Of a stretch of DNA of 64,000 nucleotides, positions 13,898 through 26,190 are shown piece by piece; position 1 is the first letter of the stretch, and every line of letters begins with the position of its first letter. The DNA is from Hypanus sabinus. Lineage: Eukaryota. The stretch is taken from NCBI RefSeq assembly GCF_030144855.1, contig NC_082706.1, positions 40,300,001 through 40,364,000 on the forward strand, written 5' to 3'. The notes under the pieces are model-generated. The model made no database searches, was not told the DNA's origin, and saw nothing but the letters and a program-made list of their open reading frames with translations. A program made the position numbers and the translations under genes.

Positions 13898-14001
13898 TAT
13901 GTGACTTCTTGGAAAGAAGAAAGTGATCATCTGAATCACTAAATGGGGCTGACACCCTCTGCTTCGTCGTCCCATGAATTCTGGCTTTGGTACATTCAGT
14001 C
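13898..14001 (-). pseudogene. PRDM9: PRDM9 post-KRAB exon (104 bp, apparent 1-nt deletion)
   Basis: ttttcacag|GA CTG AAT GTA CCA AAG CCA GAA TTC ATG = GLNVPKPEFM; the acidic SDSDD motif appears only in a shifted frame; donor ATA|gtgagc. Confidence 0.8.
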
Positions 14002-15194
14002 CTGTGAAAAGTAAAATCTGTTAATTATCTATTGATGATAATGCCAATATTTCATTTCACTAAATCTACAAGCGTAAGATAGCTAGGGTTAAGAAGAGGC
14101 AGTTTAATTCAAATAATCACTATCAAATACAATTAAGGGTTCATTTTCATACTTGAAGAGAAACATCATAGGTTTCTTTATTGTCCAGAAAGTTGTGCAT
14201 GCCCAGGGCTTAATGGGAATATTATTGTGCTATTGGTTAACAAACTCTCTCAAGGAAATGAAAACAAGCAAAACTGCACGAGGAATCTTGGACTAATCAA
14301 GGCAGTTTAGTGTGACCATTTCCTCACAGCAACGAAGTTGTCTTATATTGATCACACATTGCTTTGGAGGGAAATTATTGGGTAGGAATTTGATTCTTGG
14401 TCACATTCATTTCTGAATTCATGTGTGTTTGTGTCACTATTTAAATTTAAACATATCTTGTGGTTTAACAGACAGTTACTTAGTATTAAAAGATGAGGCC
14501 GTCACCAGCAGAGTAGGCATTTACTGTGCTTTTGAATTGCCTTTTGTGTGACATAGGAACTGAACTTGGAAACAGTGGAGCTCCAATGCACATGATGCCC
14601 TTGTCATTTTTAATGCAGTAGTGAGATTTGGAATATATTGCCAGAAAATATTGTCAGAAACATTTCAGCGCATTTTGAATGTTGTATAACTTGTAGAGAC
14701 AGAGCATGTTTGGTTTGGTGAAAGCAGTACATATCAAGCACCATGGAGAACCCTCACCTAAGGTACTTTCCAAGGTACTCCATTGCTCACTTTAATATTT
14801 GTTATTTCTAAGTGATCTCTTGAGTAGGGAATAACATCTTCCCTTATTCCGATTCTGTGTCTCTTGTGGATGCTTTTCAGATTTAGAGCACTATTTTTTA
14901 AAGGTTCCCTGTTGATCCGATATTTCATTTAATTTGCTGAATAGACTTCCCACATTGTCTTCCAATGTTTTGAACAGTGACAGATCATGGAGAGCCACAT
15001 CAGCACTGGTGTTAGAATTTGACAGGATAACTTTAAAGTGTCTTCTGTTCCTCACACAAGGCCAAACCTTAATGCCATGTTAATTTGGGAGAAAACACTA
15101 ACAATGGTTTGCTTGATGTTGTGAATAAATTTGCACTATTCTGCAGAGAAAGCATTAATTATTCATCTACCAGTTTCAGGAAAACCTGATGCAC

Positions 15195-15720
15195 AGTGGT
15201 GCATCATGGCCTGGTATGGAAATACAAATGCCCAATAAGAGGTAAGCCAAGAAAAAGTGGTGGATTCGCCACAGTCCATCAAAGGAAGAGTCCTCCCAGT
15301 AATTCAGTGATGCCACAGTAAAGCATTCAGCATCATGCATACCCACCACCCAGGTTCTGCTCTCTTCCCTCTGCCATCAGGAGAAGGTGAAGGAGCCTTA
15401 TGTCCAACGCCGCCTAGTTCAGGAACAGGTCTTACCCTTCAACCATCAGGATCCTGAACCAGTATAGATAAGTTCACTCACCTCATCACTCTGTCGACTC
15501 ACTTTTAAGGGCTTAATAACTCATGTTCTCAATATTATTTGCTACTTATTTCTGACCATGATTATCATTATTGTATTTGCAGTTACTCTTTATTTATAAA
15601 GAGTAACTTATTGTCAGTCTGTGTAGTTTTTCATTGATTCTATTGTATTTCATTGTTCTGCAAGAAAATGAATCTCTCGGAAGTGTACAGTGACATATAC
15701 ATACTTTAAACTTAAGCAGG
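15195..15720 (+). mobile_element. Decayed Rex1/Babar LINE 3' end
   Basis: CIMAWYGNT.., HHPG..LPSG..SYPSTIRILN-like codons followed by a typical 3' UTR. Confidence 0.6.
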
Positions 15721-16648
15721 CATTTACTGCTGGAGAGTTGGTCCGCAGAAAGGCAAGTTAGCAGATGACCTTCGTTTAGATTTTTTTTAGTGTTAGCCAA
15801 ATGTTTTGTACGCATTGGGTTGGATTGCTCAAAGCTTAGTGTGCAAAGAGGCAAGTGGTAATCTGATTGCTTAAACTCTTGTTCTTGACTGAGAGTGCAG
15901 TGACCGTGCTTCAAACATGGACAACAAAGATTTCAACTGAGGGCAGCCTGGCAGAAGAGAGGAAAGATCATTAGGCAAGAATGTGTAATGATTCCAGTTT
16001 ATCCTGGGATCTTAACTGTGGTGGGTGCTTGCTTCATTCATTATTTGCATGTCAGAAGCGCATGTCATCGCGTATAAAGCGTATGTTGATAGCTTCTTAG
16101 GGGTGCCACAGGTTACAGTACAAGTCAAAAGAATGGGTTGAGAGGGACAATGAATCAGCCATGATGAAATGGCAAGCAGACTTGATGGGTGAAATAGCCA
16201 TGTTTTGCTCCCATGTCTTAAGACATTCACACAATCCATCTCTTTTGACTTGTGCATTCCAGTTAGTGGAGAGGAATAAACAGTCGATGTTTCAAGCTGA
16301 GACTGTTCATGAGTTCTCATAAAGGGGCTCAGCCCAAAACAGCAACTGTTTGTTCCTTTCCATAGATACTTCCTAACCTACTGTGATCCTTGAACATTTT
16401 TGTGTTGTCTTGGGTTTCGAGTATCTGCAGAGTTTCTTCTGTTTGAATCAATATTACCACAGAACAGGGCTATTAAATGTATTTATACACATTCTGAAAG
16501 TGTATCAGCAGAGGAAATTGAATGCACGAATGATCACAGCCTTCAAACTCATTATCCACTATGATGGCATGTGGGAAAATCGTATGCCAACAGGTGTCAT
16601 CTGAAAATACCAAACAGAATATTAAGGAAAATAATGCTTTCTACAAAC

Positions 16649-16772
16649 CCATGGCGAGCATGGCTTCATAGTTCCGCTTCACATTCTTATAGCGGAGTTT
16701 CTCCCAGTCACTCAGCTCTGCCCAATCTTCTTTGGAAAAGTAACCAACAATGTCTTTAAACTTGTTTGCATC
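16649..16772 (-). CDS. PRDM9: PRDM9 ancestral KRAB exon (124 bp, intact)
   Basis: ctttccag|GAT..; [42 protein letters not shown]|gtttgt; phase 0 to 1. Confidence 0.92.
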
Positions 16773-17747
16773 CTGGAAAGAAAGACATTTCCTGAAGTGC
16801 CAGAGTATTAAAATCCATTTTGTTTCATCACAGTTGCAAAACACATTAGACAACTTTCCACTGATTTATTTTGTGTGCAAAGATAATCCCTGCAATATAA
16901 GAAACAAGATCAAGCAAACTCAAGTTCAAATTAAAGGGGAGACCCACCAGGCTGAACTTAAGGAGAATTTTTATTTAGAGGTTGGCAAATACTTGGAATT
17001 TACACCCATGAGTTGAGTAAGATCAGCCAGATTATACTCCAGATGAAAGAAAGTATGTCAGAGTATCAGAAGAATGAAACTACCACAGATCACAAAATGA
17101 GTAAAATAATGCTCTTCAGTACCTAAATGAGCGATGATATTGTGGGATGATGGGGAGCGCTTGAGATGCTGATTGACTACATACTGAAAATCATTTGCAC
17201 TTATTCCCAGATGAAGGAAAGATGCTATATTGTTGGCATAGCTACTTCAATGATGCTGTTGTCATCCAGTGCAATCTTAATAGAAGAGGTGAAATAATAG
17301 CCCTATCTTCACTTCACACAGTTCATGTCCAGCAGTTAAGAATTCATTTGTTTCTTTTAAGAAAACCGAGGAATTTGAGATAAAAACCATCCAAAAAAAA
17401 CATAAACTGATGAAGATAAGCAATTACCAGGCACGTCTGTGGAAACAGACATTAAGTGAGTGTTGTCTCACATCTGGGGAGAAACAAAACACCAGAGGGA
17501 CACAGAACTGGAAGCATGCATGAGGTAGATAGTCTGAATGGCCATTCAATCAAAATTAATGTCCATGATGAGAATCAACACCCGGATTAACTCATCAACT
17601 CCCCACTGACAGGAATTAATGTGGCTGGGGTCTCTCCACAAGCAAGAATTAATCTGGTCTGAGATGGAGCAATAGCATCTTTTCTCTTTCAAGGCCATCA
17701 AGAATACATCTGATCATCATCAGTGTCCAAGGTCCCAGGGAACTCAC

Positions 17748-17771
17748 CTCCGATTCCCCGCTCCCAGACAT
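17748..17771 (-). CDS. PRDM9: PRDM9 first coding segment MSGSGESE
   Basis: GAAGTC-ATG TCT GGG AGC GGG GAA TCG GAG|gtgagt; phase 0 donor matches the phase 0 acceptor of the KRAB exon; in-frame TGA 9 codons upstream. Confidence 0.65.
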
Positions 17772-18099
17772 GACTTCAACTCCTAAAGCAACACCTCAGC
17801 CTTCTTTCCTCAACTCTCACACTCTAATTCCCCTGATCCTTCTCGCCCTTTTTTTCCTTCTGGGCAACCCTGTTGCCCAAACCTTTTTCCCTGATCCTGT
17901 TACTTCCCGCTCTGCCGAGACGGCAGACAGCTCAATCCCAGATAGATCATCTCCAGTGACCAGAGTGCAGTTTTCTCGGTATTACGCTGGAGATTGTTTC
18001 TCCCTCAAGAATTTCCTTCTGGCGAGGGTACACTGGCTCCTCACTAATACTTTCGATCATGGGTCTAGTGCCTTATATGAGGAGACAATTCAGTCCCTC

Positions 18100-18420
18100 A
18101 CGACCTTACTCTAACCCACGACCTCCTGTCGAAACCTGCCGCCCGCCCGCACCGGGGCTATTTATAGACGTTGCTCACGTGATCGGGGCTGCCCAATCAG
18201 ACGACGGTATACCGCGCTGCGTGCGGGCCGCTGAAGCTCTGTGGTAAAAAAGCGCCAAAACGGTCCGGATTTCACATCGTCTCCGCTTTCCCGCCAGAAG
18301 GACGGCATGGGTGGGATTGTCCTCGGCGCATGCGCGTTGTCGGGTCGCTGGCGTGATGACGTCAGGCGACGGAGCCTGGGTGGGTCTTTGAAATAACAGC
18401 CCCTCCTTGAGCGGATGAAG
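18100..18420. promoter_or_regulatory. CpG-island promoter of the PRDM9 locus (possibly bidirectional)
   Basis: Strongest CpG cluster outside TEs; minus-strand TATAAATA 18159-18166; TCACGTGA 18175-18182; CCAAT 18193-18197; E2F-type GCGCCAAAA 18252-18260 and TTTCCCGCCA 18287-18296; NRF1 GCGCATGCGC 18326-18335; CRE TGACGTCA 18357-18364; TTTGAA 18387-18392. Confidence 0.8.
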
Positions 18421-18892
18421 AAGTCGATTTTAGTTAAAACGATTTGATAAAGTCCACTGATTCTATTCTGCCTGAAAATCTGTTCATCAATACATTAAGG
18501 TAAATATTATGAGCTGTTTTTGCAAATGGATCATAATATTGTTAAACTGGGAATGTTGTCGTGGCTGTTTTATTGCCGGAATTACAGGTAACAATAAAGA
18601 AACGACTTAATAATTATTTAGCACTACATCTAGCAGAACTGGTTGCGTCATGTTAGCCTTACACTGGCCGGAGGAAGTTTGTCCATGTGAAGTTGTAACG
18701 TTCAGATTCTTTTTCAGTTTTGAAGAGTTGAAGCAGCAGTAGATCAGACTTGCTGTCAAAGATTAGTTCGTGTAGAAATGATCGGTTTGCATGTTTTTTT
18801 TCTTAGGGGTCTCTGCAGATGGGATTGTTGAGGGGTTATGAGCGGGTTGATTGTTTAGCTGAAAGGCTGGACAAAGTTCAGCAGTGGATATA

Positions 18893-19700
18893 GTCAAGTC
18901 AAGTCAATTTTTATTGTCATTTCGACTATAACTGCTGGTTCAGTGCATAGTAAAAATGAGACAACGTTTTTCAGGATAGTTTACATGACACAGTACAAAA
19001 AACTAGATTGAACTACGGAATAAAAAAAACAGAAAGCAATAATAGACTACAGACCTACACTGGACTGCATAAAGTGCACAAAAACAGTGCAGACATTACA
19101 ATAAATAATAAACAGGACAAAAGGGCAAGGTGTCAGTCCAGGCTTCGGGTATTGAGGAGTCTGGTAGCTTGGGGGAAGAAACTGTTACATAGTCTGGTTG
19201 TGAGAGCCCGAATGCTTCGGAGCCTTTTCCCAGACGACAGGGGGGAGAAGAGTTTGTATGAAGGGTGCGTGGGGTCCTTCATAATGCCGTTTGCTTTGCA
19301 GATGCAGCGTGTAGTGTAAATGTCCGTGAAGGAGGGAAGAGAGACCCCGATGATCTCAGCTGACCTCACTATCCGCTGCAGGGTCTTGCGATCCGAGATG
19401 GTGCAATTTCCAAACCTGGCAGTGATGCAGCTGCTCAGGATGCTCTCAATACAACCTCTGTAGAATGTGATGAGGATGGAGGGTGGGAGATGGACTTTCC
19501 TCAGCCTTCGCAAAAAGTAGAGACCCTGCTGGGCTTTCTTTGCTATGGAGCTAGTGTTAAGGGACCAGGTGAAATTCTCCGTCAGGTGAACACCAAGAAA
19601 TTTGGTGCTCTTTACGATCTCTACTGAGGAGCCGTCGATGTTCAGCGGGGAGTGGTCGCTCCGTGCCCTCCTGAAGTCAACAACCATCTCTGACCTTCGC
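18893..19700 (-). mobile_element. Rex1/Babar LINE, 5'-truncated and fairly young
   Basis: ORF 19133-19702 EMVVDFRR..STKFLGVHLTENFTWS..NSFFPQATRLLN; (GACTT)n tail at 18893-18906. Confidence 0.9.
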
Positions 19701-20369
19701 AAATCAGAAGTGGGATAATGAGCTTAAGGGGAGACAACTTTACAAAAGACATCTAACATGAGTTCATTGGAAAGTGGGATAAAACCAGAAGGGATGAGCT
19801 ATTTTGACATGAATTATAATGGCTTAATTGTTCCTTGTATCTTGTTTGTAAATATCATTCTGAGTTTTGTAGGTATTATTATGAAACAGTTTAATATGTG
19901 TTATTACAGTGTCAAGCAAATGGTTGAAAGAAATCAAATGCAGGCTTCATAATCTTTTGGGTTGATAGTTTTCATCAGACTTTCCAAAGTGCATCACCTT
20001 GCACTTATCGGAGTAACATCTATTTGCCTTTGTTTCTAGAGTCATGCATGAATGAGCCTCTTTCTCACATTGTCCATTTAATATTGATGGAGGTTTCTCA
20101 GGCATGTGAAACTCACCCCACATTATTCAAAATCTGCTTACTGGCATGGAGAAGGATTCCCTGATGTTCATATATACTCTCTGGTGAGGCATAGAATGGC
20201 CACTTTCATAATTACACACTTGAGGCGAGGGTTGTTCTAATTATTGTCGACATGATTCAGGGTGTATGATGTACCTTTTATTGAAATCTGTCAGGGATAT
20301 CAGACCCATGCTATTTTAAAAGGTGAGTTTGAGCTGCCAGAAGGCTTGGTGCATATTAGCACCAATAAC

Positions 20370-23300
20370 ATAGGTAGACAAGGAGGGGAGGTAGAAAAGT
20401 ACAAGGGAGCTAGGTGGAAAGTCAAAAAAGGACTTCCAAGGTGGTAATCTCTAGATTGCTGCCTGTGCAACACACCAGTGAGTGTAAGAATAGGATAATT
20501 TGGCAGGTGAATATGTGGCTGAGGAATCAGTAGAGTGGAGAGGGGTTCAGATATATGGATCATTAGAATTTCTTATGGGGAAAATATGACTTGTACAAAA
20601 GGATGGGTTAGACCCCGAACCCAAGGGTGTGCAATGTTCTTGTGAGCAAGGTTGGTAGAGTTGTTTGGGAGTGATTAAACTAATTTGGCAAGGGGGGTGG
20701 GTATTAGAGTGATAGTACTGAGGATGAGGTAGTAGTTTACGAAAGTAATGAGAAATGAGACTTCTAGCAAGGAGAGGCTGATGATAGGGCAAGATTGCAG
20801 TCAACAGAATAAGTTGCAATATAAAAGGTCAACATAATCAAAAAGTGTGAATACCATACCAAAGGTGTTATATCTGAATGTGCACTGTGTACAGTAAAGG
20901 GAATAAGGTAGATGAATCTGTAGTACAGTTACAAAGTCGCATGTATGATGATTTAGGCATCACTGAATCATGGCTGAAAAAAGGTTATAAATGCGAGCTT
21001 AACATCCAAGGATACATACTGTATCGAAAGGACAGGCAGGTAGGCAAATGGGGTGGGGTGATTCTGTTAGTTAAAATTTAAATCATATCATTAGAAAGAG
21101 ATGACATGGTCAGCAGGTGTTGAATTGTTGTGGGTAGGGCTAAGGAACTGCAAGGGTAAAAAGACTCTGATGGGAGTTACTGTATATACAGACCCCTAAA
21201 GAGTGGTAAGGATGTGGCCTAAGATTATAATGGGAGATAGAAAATGAATGCCATAAGGGCAATGTTACATTAAACATGAAGGATTTCAATATACAGGTAG
21301 ATTGGAGAAATCAGGTTGGTGCAGGATCCCAAGAGGGGGTGTTTCCAGAATGCCTGTGACTTTTTAGAGCAGTTCATGGTTGAGACCACTTGGGCATCAG
21401 CTATTCTGAACTGCATATTGTGCAATGAACTGGAATTGAGCTTAAGGGGGGGAAACCTTAGGGACAAGTGATCATAATATCAATGAATTCACCCTGAAAT
21501 TTGAGAAAGAGAAGCTAAAGTCAGATGTATTACAGTGGAGTAAGGGAATTACAGAGGCATGAGAGAGAAGTTGGCCAAAAATTAATTGGGGGTGGGGGGG
21601 AAACACTGACAGGGATGATGGCAGAGAAAGCAAGAAGCAGTGGTTGAAATTTCTGGAAGAGTTTGGAAGTTGCAGGATATATATTGTACATACCAAAAAG
21701 GAAGAAGTATTCTAAAGGCAAGATGACACAACAATGGCTAACAAGAGCGTCAAAGATAACATAAAAGCCAAAGAGATGGCATATAGAACAGAAATTAGTG
21801 GGAAGTTGCATAATTGGGAAATTTTAAAAAACCAACAGAAGGCAACTGAAAAGTCATTAAGAAGGAAAAGATGGAATACAAAAGTAAGCTAGCCAATAAT
21901 ATTGAAGAGGATACCAAAAGTCTCTTCAGTATACAATAGAGGCAAAATAGATATTGGACCACTGGAAAAATTATGTTGGAGATGTAGTAATGGAGGAAAA
22001 GGAAATGGTGGACAAACAGAATAAGAATTTTGCATCATTCTTCATTGTGGAGGACATTAGCAGTATGGTGGAAGTTCCAGAGTGTCATGGGGCAGAAGTG
22101 TGTGAAGTTGCCATTACTAGAGAGAAGGTTCTTTGGAAACAGAAAGGGCTGAAAGTGGATAAACAATCTGGATCAGTTGGATCTGAAAGAGATGGCTGAA
22201 AAGAATGTGGAGGCATTAGTAATGATCTTTCAAGAATCACTAGATTCTGGAATGGTTTTGGAGGTCTGGAAAATTGCAAATGTCACTGCACTCTTCAAGA
22301 AGAGTGAGATAGAAAAGAAAGGAAATTGTAGGTCTATTAATTTGACCTCTGGTTGGGAAAATGTTGGAGTTGATTGTTAAGGATATGGCTTTGAAGTACT
22401 TATTGGCACATGATAAAATAGGTAATTGACAGTATAGTTTTCTCAAGGGAAAAGCTTGTCTTTTGGAATTCTTTTAAGAAAAATACAAGCAAGGTAGGCA
22501 AAGAAGAATCGGTTAATGCTGTGTACTTGGAGTTTCAGAAGGCCTTTGATAATATGCCACACATGAGGCTGCTTAGTAAGTTAAGAGCCCATAGAATTGC
22601 TGGAAAGATAATATTGTGGATAAAGCAGTGGCTAATGGGCAGAAAAAGAGTGAATAAAGGGAGCCTTTTCTGGTTGGCTGCTGTCAACTGTGGTGTTCCA
22701 CAGGGGTCTGTGTTGATACCACTTCTTTTTATGTTAGATGTCAATGACTTGAATGACAGAATTGATGGCTCTGTTGCAAAGTTTGTAGACGATACGAAGA
22801 TAGGTGGAGTGGTGGATAGTTTTGAGGAAGTAGAGAGGCTACAGAAGGACTTACACTAATTAAAATTGTCAAAGAAGTGGCAGATGGAATACAGTGTTGG
22901 GAAGTGTATGGTCATGCACTTTGGTAGAAGAAATAAGAGTACATAAGACAGAAAATTAAAAAATCTGAAAACTGGAGGTTCAAAGTGACTTGGCAGTCCT
23001 TGCACAGGATTCCCTGGAGGCTAATTTGAAGGTTGAGTCCGTGGTGAGGAAGGCAAATGCAATGTTAGCATTCCTTTCCAGAGGACTAGAATATAAAAGC
23101 AAGGGCGTAATGTTGAGGCTCTATAAAGCACTGATGGAGCCTCACTTGAAATACTGTGAGCAGTATTGGGCCTTTATCTTAGAAACAATGTTCTGACACT
23201 GGAGAGGGTTCAAAGGAGGTACTCAAAAATGATTCCTGGATTAAACAGCTTGTCAGATGAAGAGCATTCAACGCCTCTCAGCCTGTTTTCACTAGAGTTC

Positions 23301-23680
23301 AGAGGAATGAAGGGTGACCTCACTGAAAACTATTGAATGTTGAAAGGCCTTGATAGAGTGGATGTGGAGAGGATTTTTCCTATGGTGGGAGAGTCTAACA
23401 CCAGTGGACTCAGCCTCAGAATAGATGAGCGTCCTTTTGGAAAGGAGGTAAGGAGGCATTTCTTTGGCTAGAGAATGGTGAATCTGTGGACTTTGTTGTC
23501 ACAGGCTAGCTGTGAAGGCCAAGTCTTTATGCATATTTAAGGCAGAGTTCAATAGATCCTTAGTTAGTCAGGGCATGAAGGAATACGGTGATGAGAGGGA
23601 AAATGGATCAGCCATGATGAAATGGCAGAGCAGACTCAATGAGCCAAATAGCTTAACCCTGCTCTTGTATCATTTAGTCT
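20370..23680 (+). mobile_element. CR1 LINE, decayed ORF1 esterase plus ORF2
   Basis: GITESWLK..YRKDRQVGKWGGV (endonuclease), VYLEFQKAFDNMPH, GVPQGSVL, KFVDDTKIGG, YKSKGVMLRLYKAL. Confidence 0.9.
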
Positions 23681-23891
23681 AAATATTATGTTAAATATAA
23701 ATTAACAGTAATACAATAGCCATAATAAAATTGTTTAAGCAGTTTTATTATCATATTGTGAATTCCCATGTAAGTAACAAATCACTTAACCACAGGAGAG
23801 GCCTGACAATGCAGTCACCCAACCACTTGCTCAAAGAAATAAGCTAAAATAAACTGCACTATAAGCACAACTATTATTATGATGATGACCA

Positions 23892-26190
23892 TGTGTGAAA
23901 AGATCCAAAGCCACAGGTGGATTTCAGCATTTATTTCCAAATCCCATGCTTCAGTTTGAGCAACGTGAACCCAATTACAGCTAATCGCAGTAGATTCCAT
24001 GGAAGTGTTGGGGGTAGAGGTCAGTGTTGCAGCACTGAAGAATTACTTCTGGAGTAGGTCTCTATGTATCCTTACTGCACATCCAGATGGACTGTCTGCT
24101 CAAAAGAAGGCCCACGTCGCTGATGGGAGTAGTGACAGCACCCTCCTTCCGCTTGAAATAGAGTAAAGCATCAGTTATTATCATTTTTCCAGTTTTAAAA
24201 TCATTCCCATTTTGTCAATTTTCTCCCTGCTTAAACACACCATTCTCTTGCACCGACAGCCAGTATGTGTTACCATCTCCATTTGCCACAATATCCCCCT
24301 GCATGCTAGAAAGTTTGTGATGTCCACCTATACTTTCTTTTTCCCCTTCAAATGTGCTTGCTTTACCCTGTGCTTCTGAAGTACATGTGGTCATTACGGT
24401 TGCTGGAGAGCCATGGGGTAAGGGCCAGTTGTTCAGATTGTGCATTGCTAGGGGTGGTACAGCCAGTTACCCCTGCAAGGTGAGGTTGGTGTTAATTAGC
24501 TTTGAGGGCAACAGGGTACAATAAATGCCTTTGCTGGCAGGCCATTCTTTCATGGCCCATTTCCTGGTTGTATCTCCTGGCAGTCTCCATACAAGTGATT
24601 AACTTCAGAGTGATCATGGTTGACACCTATACATGAGCAAGTATTGAAATCGTCACTGTTGTGGCGGGGTGGAACAGAATCAATTACCATAAATGGGCTG
24701 GGCCAGTCCCACTTTTAGTGTGCTTTCTCCAGGAAGCTCTTCTCTGGACCTGTTGCTGTAAAGTTATTTCCATGACTGAATTAAATGCAGCAGGTTTCCA
24801 CCTCAGACACTAGGAGTGGAGCTATCCATAATCTAGGTGTAGTGTTTACATATGGCATTCATAATATGGGGGGGGGGGGGGGGGAAGACATTGAGATGAG
24901 AGGTTAGATGGTCCTTCTGTACCTATCCTCTGGGATGTGGGCTGTATATTTGTGGAAACTGCTGACTCCCTCTGGGTCCTCACTTGCTCGTTCTGCAGTG
25001 TACCACTTCCACTTCACAACTGAGGCTCGCTGTGCCCTCCTCAACCTGTTATGTAGTCCTTCGAGAACACCCGCATTGTTCTCAAGTTTCAGTAGCTTCA
25101 CTTCCCCGTGTAACAGCTTCTGTCTCCACTAAAGTCAGTATGTTCTAGACAGCATCAGCTAACGGGTGGGGGGTGGGGGGGAGATGCTGGATTATCTTTT
25201 TGCAGTTACCTGCCAGTCTCCAGTTTCTGTCTGATCTCTTCACTGAACAAACAGGACAGTTATACTTTGCGGTTGAATATCTGATCGTTCCTCCTTAATA
25301 ATCTTGTTATTGTGTGGAAGACTTCTGAGTGACCTCCCATTATCGGACACTGCTTCATGGAGACCATGACAGTGGGTGCTGGTATGATAAGAGGATCCCA
25401 CTGAATAGTCACCTTGAAGATGCCAAATGCAAATTTAATCTTGTTAAAAGGATTTTACCTCTTAGTAATAACGATCAGTTAGGTATAGAGACAATCCGTA
25501 TTTACTGACAAGTAACTTTATTGTCTCCAGTAAAAAGCATGTGAATTTACACAACCAAATACCTGTGTGCACATGTAACAAGCTTCTCTGACCAGTCAAA
25601 GAACAGAAAAAGTAATTCCTGGGAAAGAGGTCTAGACTAGCCAGGTGTTCCTCGTGCTCCCGATCCAATCTCTACATGTCCTTGGGGTACTCTACATCTG
25701 CAATGGTTAGTCTCCAGACAATTATTGCTCCCTTGTATTAAAGCTTACTTTTAAAACACTTGTCAGCTCAAATATTGCACGGCCATCATGTTGGCTTGAG
25801 GTCTGCTGAACTACATTGGCTTCTGACTCTGGTCCAGGGCTACAGTCAGGTTTGTTCTATGGCCTTTGCCATCAGACTGGTGCCTTTTGTTCTTTTTAAA
25901 TCAGGTGACACACACACACTGAGTCTAATGAGATTACAAATTGCTCCTCCTGAAAGCCTGCTCCTTGTCTGAGAATAGTCTCAGGTTTAGCAGATCATTA
26001 GCAGAAAACTCCATGTGTCCAAATTCCATTGCTTTGATTAAGTTATCCCAGAGCAAGAAATCAGTTCAAATAGTTTACAAAATGCAGGCTCCAAGGACAG
26101 TCTCAGAATGGCTGCCTTCATTCCTGTTCACTGATTGTCATTCTTTCTGGTCAACAATCCGCACTGTATGTCCTTGGAGAACATTCATTC
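23892..26190 (-). mobile_element. ERV-L-like (class III) endogenous retrovirus remnant: pol, PPT and putative 3' LTR, no env
   Basis: WDPLIIPAPTVMVSMKQCPIMGG, YNCPVCSVKRSDRNWRL, LVETEAVTRG, RAQRASVVKWKWYTAERASEDPEGVSSFH, RWKPAAF, TLQG*..AMHNLNNWPLPHGSP, GDIVANGDGNTYW; GGAAGGAGGGTGC|TGT at 24137. Extent above about 25440 and the LTR end are tentative. Confidence 0.8.

Noticed and set aside
14758-15060. Minus-strand donor TAG|gtgagg suggesting an exon between KRAB and the linker exon
   Set aside because: No sustained ORF and no PRDM9 similarity
17770-18247. Plus-strand ORFs of 114 aa and 62 aa over the promoter
   Set aside because: Antisense shadows of the purine-rich leader and CpG island, with no domain similarity
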